A stretch of 64,000 nt of DNA from a virus, in the IMG/VR virus record IMGVR_UViG_3300017991_000083, positions 27,367 through 91,366 of that record; one strand, given 5' to 3'. Of the stretch, positions 18,377 through 26,403 are shown piece by piece. The notes under the pieces were generated by a model. The model ran no database searches. It was not told the DNA's origin and was given only the letters and a program-made list of their open reading frames with translations. Both the position numbers and the translations under genes were made by a program. Every line of letters begins with the position of its first letter. Positions within the stretch are counted from its first letter, which is position 1.

Positions 18377-19356
18377 CAGACCATCCCGTAGCCGTACTTC
18401 TGAACCACGAGCTTCATCATCCTCTGGACGCCGCCCGTGACCTTATCTCCGAACTTGGACTCGACCATCTTGAGATCCTGGCCGAACGTCGCCTCGTAGT
18501 CGGCCATGACGATGCTCTTCACGCCGAGCGCACTCACTGAGGCCTGCTCCTCCTCCAGGAGCCAGACCTGGGCCCGGAACGCGACCAGCATGTTCGCGAG
18601 CATCCTTACGTCGCTTGGGACCTCGGTGTAGCCGTAGGTGTACTGCACGTCGACGTTGACCGGGCCCTTCGTGAAGTAGGAGTAGGTATCGCTCACGAGC
18701 CGGATGCGCCCGTCGGCCGTGTAGACGTGGTAGTGGTCGCTCGAGATGGTCGTGGGCGTCGAGGAAGTCACGCCGTTGATGCAGTCCCTAAGGCGCGTCA
18801 CTGAGAGAACAGGCCAATGCCTGAGGATCACAGTGTCCTGGTCGTCGCGGTCGATGTCATGAACCTCGGTGCCGGCATCGTTGGCGTAGAAGTCATGCTG
18901 GCATTCCTGGTCGATGATAGTCTTTGCCCAATCGCGCCAGGTCTCCTTGATGTCGTCGACGGTGACTCCCTCGACAAGCTCCACAACCTCAGCCTTACTG
19001 TCGTAAGGATTTGTGTAGGCAGCCGCCCCGCCGGTCGTGACCTCGAAGTATTCCGTCCTGGCCGTGGCAGCTATCAGATTCCCGTTGACCTCGAAGTACC
19101 ACACGATCCGCCAGTTGGACCCTACGGTCGCGTCGACCGGCAGCGTGTAGCCCGTGAACTGGTAGTGGCCCTCTGCGAGCCTGGTGATGTTGCTGTTGTC
19201 CGTCTCCTCGTGGACCAGGGTCCCGCCCTGGTCATAGATCTTGAGAGTGGGCTCGGTCCCGCCGGCGTAGCCGTCGGGGTCGACGAGCGCCCCGCCCTCA
19301 GACACGTAGATGTAGATGTCGAGGTTGACGGCGTTGCCCTGTGCAAATGTCAGCAT
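18376..19356 (-). CDS. head-tail adaptor (gp6-like) with an N-terminal Ig-like domain
   Basis: LRHWPVLSV and VQYTYGYTEVPSDV adaptor motifs; extra ~110-aa beta domain. Confidence 0.8.
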   Translation of the reverse strand: MLTFAQGNAVNLDIYIYVSEGGALVDPDGYAGGTEPTLKIYDQGGTLVHEETDNSNITRLAEGHYQFTGYTLPVDATVGSNWRIVWYFEVNGNLIAATARTEYFEVTTGGAAAYTNPYDSKAEVVELVEGVTVDDIKETWRDWAKTIIDQECQHDFYANDAGTEVHDIDRDDQDTVILRHWPVLSVTRLRDCINGVTSSTPTTISSDHYHVYTADGRIRLVSDTYSYFTKGPVNVDVQYTYGYTEVPSDVRMLANMLVAFRAQVWLLEEEQASVSALGVKSIVMADYEATFGQDLKMVESKFGDKVTGGVQRMMKLVVQKYGYGMV

Positions 19357-19371
19357 GACCGAATCCCCCTT

Positions 19372-20775
19372 CTACTCGAACTCACAGTAGCCGCCCTCTG
19401 CAGACGTTGTGTCATAGATGGCCTGAAGAATCGCCGACAGCGAGCCGGCGGCAGTGTGCTCGCTCAGGAGCTCGTCCAGGACAGCGTCTGCAACGTCAAG
19501 TGCCGTGATGCTTATCCCGTCTATCTGGTCACTCAGCGTCTCCAGCGTATCGCTGTCGGCCCCGCGAATGTTCGACTCTGTCGTGCTGATAGCCTGATCG
19601 AGGTCGGACAGGTTCGCGATGAGCGCTCCGGCGAACGGGGTCGAATCGGACAGGATGTCTGTCACGGCGATGTCGTTCAGGCTGGCTATGGCCGCATCGA
19701 TGGCATCGAGCTCGGACGCGGTGTCCGCCGGCAGATTGTCCGTCTTCGTCTTGATGGCGGAGACGTTCGATCCGACCACGGCCAGGGCGACAGTTGTGGC
19801 AAGGCCGCTAACGTCTGCCTTGAACTGGTCAGGATTGTCGAGGTCAGCCTGGACAGCCGCGATCTCGTCACTGAGATCCTTCAGGTCGTCGGAGTCCGCT
19901 CCACGGATATTGCTCTCGGTCGTGCTCAGGGCCTGGTCCAGAGTGCTGTCCAGGAGCTCAGCCAGGGATCCGGCAACTCCGGAGTGATCTGCAATCGCCT
20001 CCTCGAGAACGGCGTCGGCGATAGCGCCCGCTGTCGGATCGTTCAGGCCGGCTATGGCCGCATCGATAGCATCGAGCTCGGACGCAGTGTCCGCCGGCAG
20101 ATTGTCGGTCTTTGCCTTGATGCCCGCCATGTCGATCACCAGGTTGACAACGGCGCCGCCGAATGTGCCTCCAGTAGCGTGTCCGGCAGTAGACTCGTCC
20201 CACACGGCATCTGCGTTGTCTCCGGCGGTCGGGATGCTGAGTCCGGCTATCTCGTCTGAGATATCCTTCAGATCGTCGTCATCTGAGCCGCGGATGTTGC
20301 TCTCAGTCGTGCTGATGGCCTGATCGACCCGGGTGTTCAGGCTATCCATGTACCCGCCGAACGTGCCGCCGGTCGTGTGGCCGGCCATCGCTTCATCCAG
20401 GACAGCGTCGGCGATGGCCGCAGCGGTCGGGTCATTCAGTCCGGCGATGTCTGTGGCGAGGTCGTCGAAGACGTTGTCGGTTACATAGACGGCGCCCTCG
20501 TACTGTACACAGTCGTTCGCCTGGACGATGTAGAGGAGCGGGCCCTCTGTATCCAGGTCGCCTGAGGCGGGGTTCCAGGTATAGTGCCCGTCCCCGACCT
20601 CCGTCCAGTTGTCCGCGGTGATGGAATCGGTAGTCCAGGACGTCGCGTTCTTCTTGCGAAACTTCAGCGTGACGGACCCGTAGGCGATGCCCGTCTTGAC
20701 GGAATGATAGGTGTCGTCATCGCGAAAGATGACAGGCAGCTCTTCTGTAGACGAGTCCTTCGTTACGGGGTACAT
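19372..20775 (-). CDS. putative virion fibre/decoration protein with acidic helical repeats
   Basis: Repeats IADAVLDE/W, TTESNIRGADSDDLKDLSDEI and IKxKTDNLPADTASELDAIDAAIA. Confidence 0.65.
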   Translation of the reverse strand: MYPVTKDSSTEELPVIFRDDDTYHSVKTGIAYGSVTLKFRKKNATSWTTDSITADNWTEVGDGHYTWNPASGDLDTEGPLLYIVQANDCVQYEGAVYVTDNVFDDLATDIAGLNDPTAAAIADAVLDEAMAGHTTGGTFGGYMDSLNTRVDQAISTTESNIRGSDDDDLKDISDEIAGLSIPTAGDNADAVWDESTAGHATGGTFGGAVVNLVIDMAGIKAKTDNLPADTASELDAIDAAIAGLNDPTAGAIADAVLEEAIADHSGVAGSLAELLDSTLDQALSTTESNIRGADSDDLKDLSDEIAAVQADLDNPDQFKADVSGLATTVALAVVGSNVSAIKTKTDNLPADTASELDAIDAAIASLNDIAVTDILSDSTPFAGALIANLSDLDQAISTTESNIRGADSDTLETLSDQIDGISITALDVADAVLDELLSEHTAAGSLSAILQAIYDTTSAEGGYCEFE

Positions 20776-20777
20776 GC

Positions 20778-21500
20778 CTAAGCCATCCTTGGAGCGAATC
20801 GGGTGACGACGTGGATGTCCGCGCCGTCGACCCTATCTACGCGACTGTTCGGCGGGATGATCCCCTCTGCCATCAGAAGCCTTGACAGGGCCATCAGGCA
20901 GCCGCCGTAGAAGGTCAGGTTGCCGCTTGGCAGCTTGTTGAGGGCACCCTGGCGAACGTAGCCGACCTGCAGATAGCATCGATAGCCGCCCTTGCTCCGC
21001 CAGCCCTTGAACCTCCAGAGCAGGGAACCAGGCGGATCGGTGAAGCCCCCAACGTCGCGGAGCTCACAGTCTGTGTCGCCATCGATGTTGATGCACGAGA
21101 AGTCTGTGGCGTCGATAGTGAAAACGGCCGATGACCCTGGGTTCGAGGCCCAAGACTTGCTCCCCCAATAGTTCCCGGTTGGGAAGCCGTAGTCGCCGAG
21201 ATCGAGCGCCCCCCCGATGATATCGTGGTCGTAGTACAGGCCCACGACATACGTCCCGTTGTACCCTATTGGCTCCGTGACGGAGTGTGTTTCGCACGTG
21301 AACCTGGCCAAGTCCAGGACAACGCCGCCGGGAATGCTCGACGTGTCGAACGAATAGTAGGCCCTCCACTCCACAGGGTCGACCGAGTCGCCCTGCTGGA
21401 CGTTCGGATTCCACTCCGTTCCCGTGAAGTCGTGCGCTGACACCCCGTCCTTGATGTAGCCCCAAACGTCGGGGTTGAAAGAGTCGATGACGAGCGACAT
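20778..21500 (-). CDS. hypothetical virion-associated beta-rich protein
   Basis: MSLVIDSF start with GGAG SD; RAYYSFDTSSIP motif seen in surface proteins. Confidence 0.6.
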   Translation of the reverse strand: MSLVIDSFNPDVWGYIKDGVSAHDFTGTEWNPNVQQGDSVDPVEWRAYYSFDTSSIPGGVVLDLARFTCETHSVTEPIGYNGTYVVGLYYDHDIIGGALDLGDYGFPTGNYWGSKSWASNPGSSAVFTIDATDFSCINIDGDTDCELRDVGGFTDPPGSLLWRFKGWRSKGGYRCYLQVGYVRQGALNKLPSGNLTFYGGCLMALSRLLMAEGIIPPNSRVDRVDGADIHVVTRFAPRMA

Positions 21501-21561
21501 AGGGCGTCTCCAGGCCGGTTCCAGGTCATCTCCCGGCCATACTGCGACTGACGTACTCTGA

Positions 21562-21595
21562 AAGCAAGACCGTAAGTGCTCAACATCTGAACAGC
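21562..21595 (-). promoter_or_regulatory. conserved late-module regulatory element, copy 1
   Basis: AAGCAAGACCGTAAGTGCT overlapping TGCTCA-ACATC-TGAACA; recurs at 33.6 and 39.5 kb. Confidence 0.6.
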
Positions 21596-22699
21596 TTAGC
21601 CGACGATGTTCTTCGAGCTGCCCTCTACGAGCTCGAGCGCGGTCCGGCCCCGGCCCAGGCTCCGGTTCAGTTCCTCGTACCAGGTCGCGTGAGCCGCGAG
21701 CAGTTCTTCTGCCCGGTGCCTGTATGTGTGGCCTGCCAGAACGAGCTCGCGGCCGGCCCTGGCGATCCGGGTTCGGTCCTGATCCCGACGCGGGTCGACG
21801 AGGTCCTGGATGACTGCCACTGCCTTTTCTATCCGGTTGAACGAGACCAGGTTCACGCCGTTCTTGAACAGGCCCCCCATCCCCTCGAAGGCATAGGTCA
21901 CATAGACAGCCGTGCCGCAACACATCACGTTCCAGGTCCGGTTGCTCGTGTACTGGTCGATGTCGTTGTAGGCGTTGATTCCGAGCACAACCTTGGCGCT
22001 TGCGACTGCGATCGAGAAGTCCTTCTCATAGACCTTCCCGAAACAGGGGGCCCCGGCACCCCAATTCGTACCGTAGACCCGCAGCTTCAGGTCCGACTGT
22101 GCCACCAGGGACATGAGCTTCGCCCGCAGCGCCGAGTCCGGGAAGTGGGAGTAGTTTCCGCCCATGAATGCCACATCGCACTCGAACGCGGGGTCGGGCT
22201 TGACGGGCTTGTAGACATCCGGGTCACTGGCCGTGTGCCAGGTCATCACCCTGGGCACACCCAGGCGCCGGTAGCACTCGAACTGCAGCTCATCGGCGTT
22301 GCTCAGGAGCAGCATGTCACACACCGCTCCGAGCCTGGCGATGTCCCGCACCGCCATCCCGCGCTGATCCCCAAAGAACAGGGCGACGAATGTGCGAGGG
22401 GCGCTCTGCTTGATCGAGCGGACTATCGCGGGGTCGAGTCGCTCGCCCTTGTTGATGAGCACGATGTCAGGCTTCCAGGATCCGACCTTTTGCAGAACCT
22501 CTATTCCCATCCCCTCACCGCCGAGCTTCTTGGCTCTCGAACGGTAGTCGTAGTCGATGACCTCACATCCGGCCTGGCGAAGGCCCCGCGTACGCAGGTG
22601 ATCTGATACGTGGTCCTGCAGGAAGGTCCCGATGTGGAAGACCTTCAGCGGCCCGTCACTTTCCGACCTTGTCGGGGATGAACTCCGGAGCGGCGCCAT
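21596..22699 (-). CDS. glycosyltransferase, CgeB/Glyco_trans_1_2-like (GT-B)
   Basis: KPDIVLINKG, DVAFMG, LRVYGTNW, SAKVVLGIN and SNRTWNVM; start at the ATG after AAGAGGAG (uncertain). Confidence 0.88.
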   Translation of the reverse strand: MAPLRSSSPTRSESDGPLKVFHIGTFLQDHVSDHLRTRGLRQAGCEVIDYDYRSRAKKLGGEGMGIEVLQKVGSWKPDIVLINKGERLDPAIVRSIKQSAPRTFVALFFGDQRGMAVRDIARLGAVCDMLLLSNADELQFECYRRLGVPRVMTWHTASDPDVYKPVKPDPAFECDVAFMGGNYSHFPDSALRAKLMSLVAQSDLKLRVYGTNWGAGAPCFGKVYEKDFSIAVASAKVVLGINAYNDIDQYTSNRTWNVMCCGTAVYVTYAFEGMGGLFKNGVNLVSFNRIEKAVAVIQDLVDPRRDQDRTRIARAGRELVLAGHTYRHRAEELLAAHATWYEELNRSLGRGRTALELVEGSSKNIVG

Positions 22700-23444
22700 C
22701 TGGACTCCTCTTGATGCGGCCTCGCTTGGCCTGGTCTCTGAACGCGGTGTACTTCTTGTAGGCCTGGCGCTTGCACTTGGGGTGCTTCGGGTGGTCCATC
22801 GCCTCGACATAGGAGTGGATCTTCCCCTTCTCGTCTTCCCACCTGTTCGCGAGCTGTGCAACCTGCCAGCCCTTGGCCCGGACCCTGGCACAGAGCGGCG
22901 TTCCTGCGAAGCCCATGACCTGTCGCGGTCCGAGCTGGAACCCGCCGGCGTCTACGAGCGCCTTCTTGTGGCACACCCAATGGATCGGGCAGAGCATCTT
23001 CCTGAAGATGACCGTGATGTCGCCTCGGGTCTCGGTCCCGATGACGTTCGTCTTCCTGGGCTCCCCGTGATTGTGCCCGTTCACAAAAGCGAGCTCAGGG
23101 AATAGGCGTAGCGCCTCCATACAGATTTCGAGCCAGCCCGGGTTGTACCAGGCGTCGTCGTCGCTGATGGCGATTATCTTGCTCTTCGTCGCCTTGATCC
23201 CGATCATCCGGGCCTTCGCCGAGCCCTTGTTGTCGTCGAGCAGGATGGCAGTGAGCTTTCCCTGGTCCTGCATCTCCTGGAGCCATTCGCGGGTGCCGTC
23301 GGCGGAGTTGTTGTCGACCACGATGATACGGTGCGGATGGAGAGTGTTCTCGATCATCGAGCCGATGCAGTCCTTGAGATAGAGCAGCCGGTTGAACGTG
23401 ATGACAACGATGTCGACCACGGGGCGATCGTCCTTAGCTGCCAT
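22656..23444 (-). CDS. glycosyltransferase family 2
   Basis: DIVVITFNR, IIVVDNNSADGT and ISDDD. Confidence 0.9.
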   Translation of the reverse strand: MAAKDDRPVVDIVVITFNRLLYLKDCIGSMIENTLHPHRIIVVDNNSADGTREWLQEMQDQGKLTAILLDDNKGSAKARMIGIKATKSKIIAISDDDAWYNPGWLEICMEALRLFPELAFVNGHNHGEPRKTNVIGTETRGDITVIFRKMLCPIHWVCHKKALVDAGGFQLGPRQVMGFAGTPLCARVRAKGWQVAQLANRWEDEKGKIHSYVEAMDHPKHPKCKRQAYKKYTAFRDQAKRGRIKRSPDGAAPEFIPDKVGK

Positions 23445-24276
23445 TGTCTTCTCCCTTCTCCACTGGCTTTGGCACGAACTCGGGATCTCCGCCGAGCTTC
23501 GCACGGCGGGCGAACTCCTTGTATCCCGTGCTCTCATAGTAGTCATGGTGCGACTTCGGATGAGACGGATGGGCCATGTGTTCGACGTACCGAACGCCTT
23601 CGGCATCTGCGTTGCCGAGCTCTGTATAGGGCCGGATGAGTCGGTTGACGTTCCCTCGGTCCGCCAGTGTCTCGATAGTGAACTTCGCAGAATGCCCTCC
23701 GATCTCGTGCAGCTTGCCGAACGGGAACCCGCTCCCGAGCAGCTTGCCACGTGCGATCTTCATGCCGCCGGCCTCCTCAACGATGGAGCGTCGGAAGACC
23801 AGATGAAACGTCCGAAGCGAGGTCCGGAAGTCTATCGAGATGCCCTTGCGCCGTTCCGTTCTGACGTACTCCAACGTGCGACGATGGTCGGCCGACGTCA
23901 CAGAGACTTCGGGCCAGAGCTCGAGAATCCTCATGCAAACGGTTAGCCAGCCCGGGTTGTACCAGGCATCGTCATCGCTGATGGCCACGATCTCGCAGTC
24001 CGAGAGCTCCATGCCGGCGTAGAGCCCCTTGATGCGTCCGACGTTCTTCTCGAGGAAGACCGGAATGAGATTGCCCTCTGCAGCCTGTTCCTGGAGCCAT
24101 TCTACAGTCCCATCCTCGGAATGGTTGTCGACCACGATGAGCTTCCCGTAGGGGTAGCGCGTGTTCTCGCGGATTGACCGGATACACTCCTTGAGGTAGA
24201 GCAGCCGGTTGAAGGTAACTACGATGATGTCGACGGGCTCTGTGGGTGTTCCGTCATCCCATTCCGCATGGCTCAT
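23434..24276 (-). CDS. glycosyltransferase family 2 (paralogue of 22656..23444)
   Basis: DIIVVTFNR, VVDNHSEDGT and ISDDDAWYNPGWL. Confidence 0.9.
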   Translation of the reverse strand: MSHAEWDDGTPTEPVDIIVVTFNRLLYLKECIRSIRENTRYPYGKLIVVDNHSEDGTVEWLQEQAAEGNLIPVFLEKNVGRIKGLYAGMELSDCEIVAISDDDAWYNPGWLTVCMRILELWPEVSVTSADHRRTLEYVRTERRKGISIDFRTSLRTFHLVFRRSIVEEAGGMKIARGKLLGSGFPFGKLHEIGGHSAKFTIETLADRGNVNRLIRPYTELGNADAEGVRYVEHMAHPSHPKSHHDYYESTGYKEFARRAKLGGDPEFVPKPVEKGEDNGS

Positions 24277-24277
24277 G

Positions 24278-25435
24278 TCAGACCCCCATCATGTGCGACG
24301 CGACCTCGACGATGGTCTCGGCCCGCGCCTGGAACGTGTGCTTGTGCGCTATCTCCATGCCCTTCGCCGAGAGCTCGGCGCGTGCCGCGTCGTCGGCCAG
24401 GAACCGATGCACGAGACGGTTCAGGTCGTCGGCATTCCGGTACTCGGGAACGGTCTCCTTCATGAACGACTTCAGACCCTTGGCCCGATCACTGATACAG
24501 AACCCGCCACTGGCCAGGACGTCGAGAATCCTGAACGACAGGAAGCCTTCCTTGGCCATCGGCTTATGATGGTCATTGAGCGAGATGGCGGTAGAGTTGT
24601 AGAGGTCGGGCAGGCGCTCATAGGGCCAGTACTGGCCGGCGTACCAGCTCAGATCGAACCCGGGCTTTGACGGCCACTTGCATCCGATGACGACCGGCGT
24701 GTACCCGACCGGCTCCAGGTCCCGGATGATCTCGCGCCCAAAGCCCAGGGACCCGCGGGCGTTCCCAACGAACACGACGTTGTGCGAGAACGGCGGTTTC
24801 TTCTTCGGCGGCCGCATATCTGTACAGACCTCGAGCGGATGGACCGGCGGGCCCATGTCCCTGATCTGACTGATGAACGACGGCGACAGACAGAACACTA
24901 CGTCGTACTTCGCCATCTCCTCAGCGTCCATCTTCTGAGGATGAGAGTGGAACCAGCAGACGTTGAAGCTGCTCGGGTTGTAGAAGAACGGGTACTTGTC
25001 CTTCTGCGGGAACGGGTGCCCGAACAGGTAGACCGTCACATCAGCGAGCTCCGGGAAGACCTCAACGGTGTGCCCCATCGCCAGGAACCCGGCCTCGAGC
25101 CGTTTCTTGACCCACCAGTCGCCCCAACACTCGAAGGTCCTGGGATCGGTCTCGGCCCAGGTCCTGACGTTGATCGCCAGGCCCTTGATGTTCTTCGAGT
25201 TGTTGCGGATCTCCGTGAGCCTCCGTTCCGTCACCATCCGAGAGAGACGATTGCGCTCGGCCTTCAGAGCGTCGCGTTGGTTCGACCGACGGCCGCCGTC
25301 CACGCCGGCCAGCCTCGCCTCGAGCTTGCGGTCCTCTTCCGTCTGCTCTCGGAGCGGCTTGTTCACAAAGAGATGTCTTACCCGTTCACGTTCCGCGTCT
25401 ACCGGATTCAGGAAGTTCTTCGAGCTCTTGGGCAT
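24278..25435 (-). CDS. glycosyltransferase, CgeB-like (GT-B)
   Basis: WGDWW, VVFVGNAR, LPDLYNS, ISLNDH and SFRILDVLASGGFCISD; HTFQAR. Confidence 0.88.
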   Translation of the reverse strand: MPKSSKNFLNPVDAERERVRHLFVNKPLREQTEEDRKLEARLAGVDGGRRSNQRDALKAERNRLSRMVTERRLTEIRNNSKNIKGLAINVRTWAETDPRTFECWGDWWVKKRLEAGFLAMGHTVEVFPELADVTVYLFGHPFPQKDKYPFFYNPSSFNVCWFHSHPQKMDAEEMAKYDVVFCLSPSFISQIRDMGPPVHPLEVCTDMRPPKKKPPFSHNVVFVGNARGSLGFGREIIRDLEPVGYTPVVIGCKWPSKPGFDLSWYAGQYWPYERLPDLYNSTAISLNDHHKPMAKEGFLSFRILDVLASGGFCISDRAKGLKSFMKETVPEYRNADDLNRLVHRFLADDAARAELSAKGMEIAHKHTFQARAETIVEVASHMMGV

Positions 25436-26403
25436 CAGAGATTCTCCACTGCCGCGATAACTCGCTTCGCGGCGCCAAGGAACGTCAGGGGCGGGACCTG
25501 GGCCCGCATCTTCTCGCAGATCCTCTTTCTGTCAGCCTCTGTCAGGGACGTCAGGTGCGCGAGTTGTATCCTGGCGTCTGCGGGACTGAAATAGGTCGGC
25601 CAGTGAGTCTGGATGGCGCCGTCGTCGGACAGCTTGACCGGATCAACCAGGGGCAGTCCGCCGGCCGCGATGACGTCGAGGACCTGGTGCTTCAGGAACC
25701 CGCGTATCGCCATTGGGGTCTGATGGTCGATGAGAACGACCTTCGCAGAGTGATAGAGATCCTGCAGGCGCCAGAAGTCATGGTACTTCGCAATCCACCT
25801 GTCTCCTGCCCTGTTCCAGTTCCGGCCCCATACCCCGAACGAGAATGCCAGGTCCCGGCGATCCAACAGATAGTCGGCAACCGGGCGCCCCCCGCGACTA
25901 GGCCGGGCGTTGCCGATGAACACCACGTCGGGACACTCTGCGTCGATCTGCGTAGTGGTCTGATTCACGAAATTCTTGCCCTGGATCATCCGGTCGGTGC
26001 TCGGTCGGATGAGGACAGGATCGGCTGTGCCGAACAGGTGCGAGCAGGGGGGCAGGTACTTGACCACGGCCTCGGCGTCGCGGATCTGCCCGTTGGCCTC
26101 CTGTTCTATCCACGTGGCAGATGTGCAGAATACGATGCTGTACTTCCGCAGCTCGCTCAGGGTCATCAGTTCGGGATGACTGTAGAACCAGGCTACGTTC
26201 AACTTGCCCGGGGGAACGGCCCGCTTGGCCGGCGCCTTCCCCCAACAGTAGAAGTTCAGATCTGATCGATAGGGATTGTCGACGAGCCGATGCCCGAGCT
26301 CCTCGAATGCGTGCCCCATCAGAACCCGGACCCAATGATCGCCCCAAAAGGGCTGTGAGGGCCCGGGTTCGTGACTGGACCTGTCGTAGAGATGTATCCG
26401 CAC
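25435..26403 (-). CDS. glycosyltransferase, CgeB-like (paralogue of 24278..25435)
   Basis: WGDHW, WFYSHP, VVFIGNAR, VWGRNW, LYHSAKVVLIDH. Confidence 0.85.
   Translation of the reverse strand: MRIHLYDRSSHEPGPSQPFWGDHWVRVLMGHAFEELGHRLVDNPYRSDLNFYCWGKAPAKRAVPPGKLNVAWFYSHPELMTLSELRKYSIVFCTSATWIEQEANGQIRDAEAVVKYLPPCSHLFGTADPVLIRPSTDRMIQGKNFVNQTTTQIDAECPDVVFIGNARPSRGGRPVADYLLDRRDLAFSFGVWGRNWNRAGDRWIAKYHDFWRLQDLYHSAKVVLIDHQTPMAIRGFLKHQVLDVIAAGGLPLVDPVKLSDDGAIQTHWPTYFSPADARIQLAHLTSLTEADRKRICEKMRAQVPPLTFLGAAKRVIAAVENL

Noticed and set aside
6351-20775. Diversity-generating retroelement acting on tail genes
   Set aside because: No reverse transcriptase and no adenine-specific TR/VR pair seen
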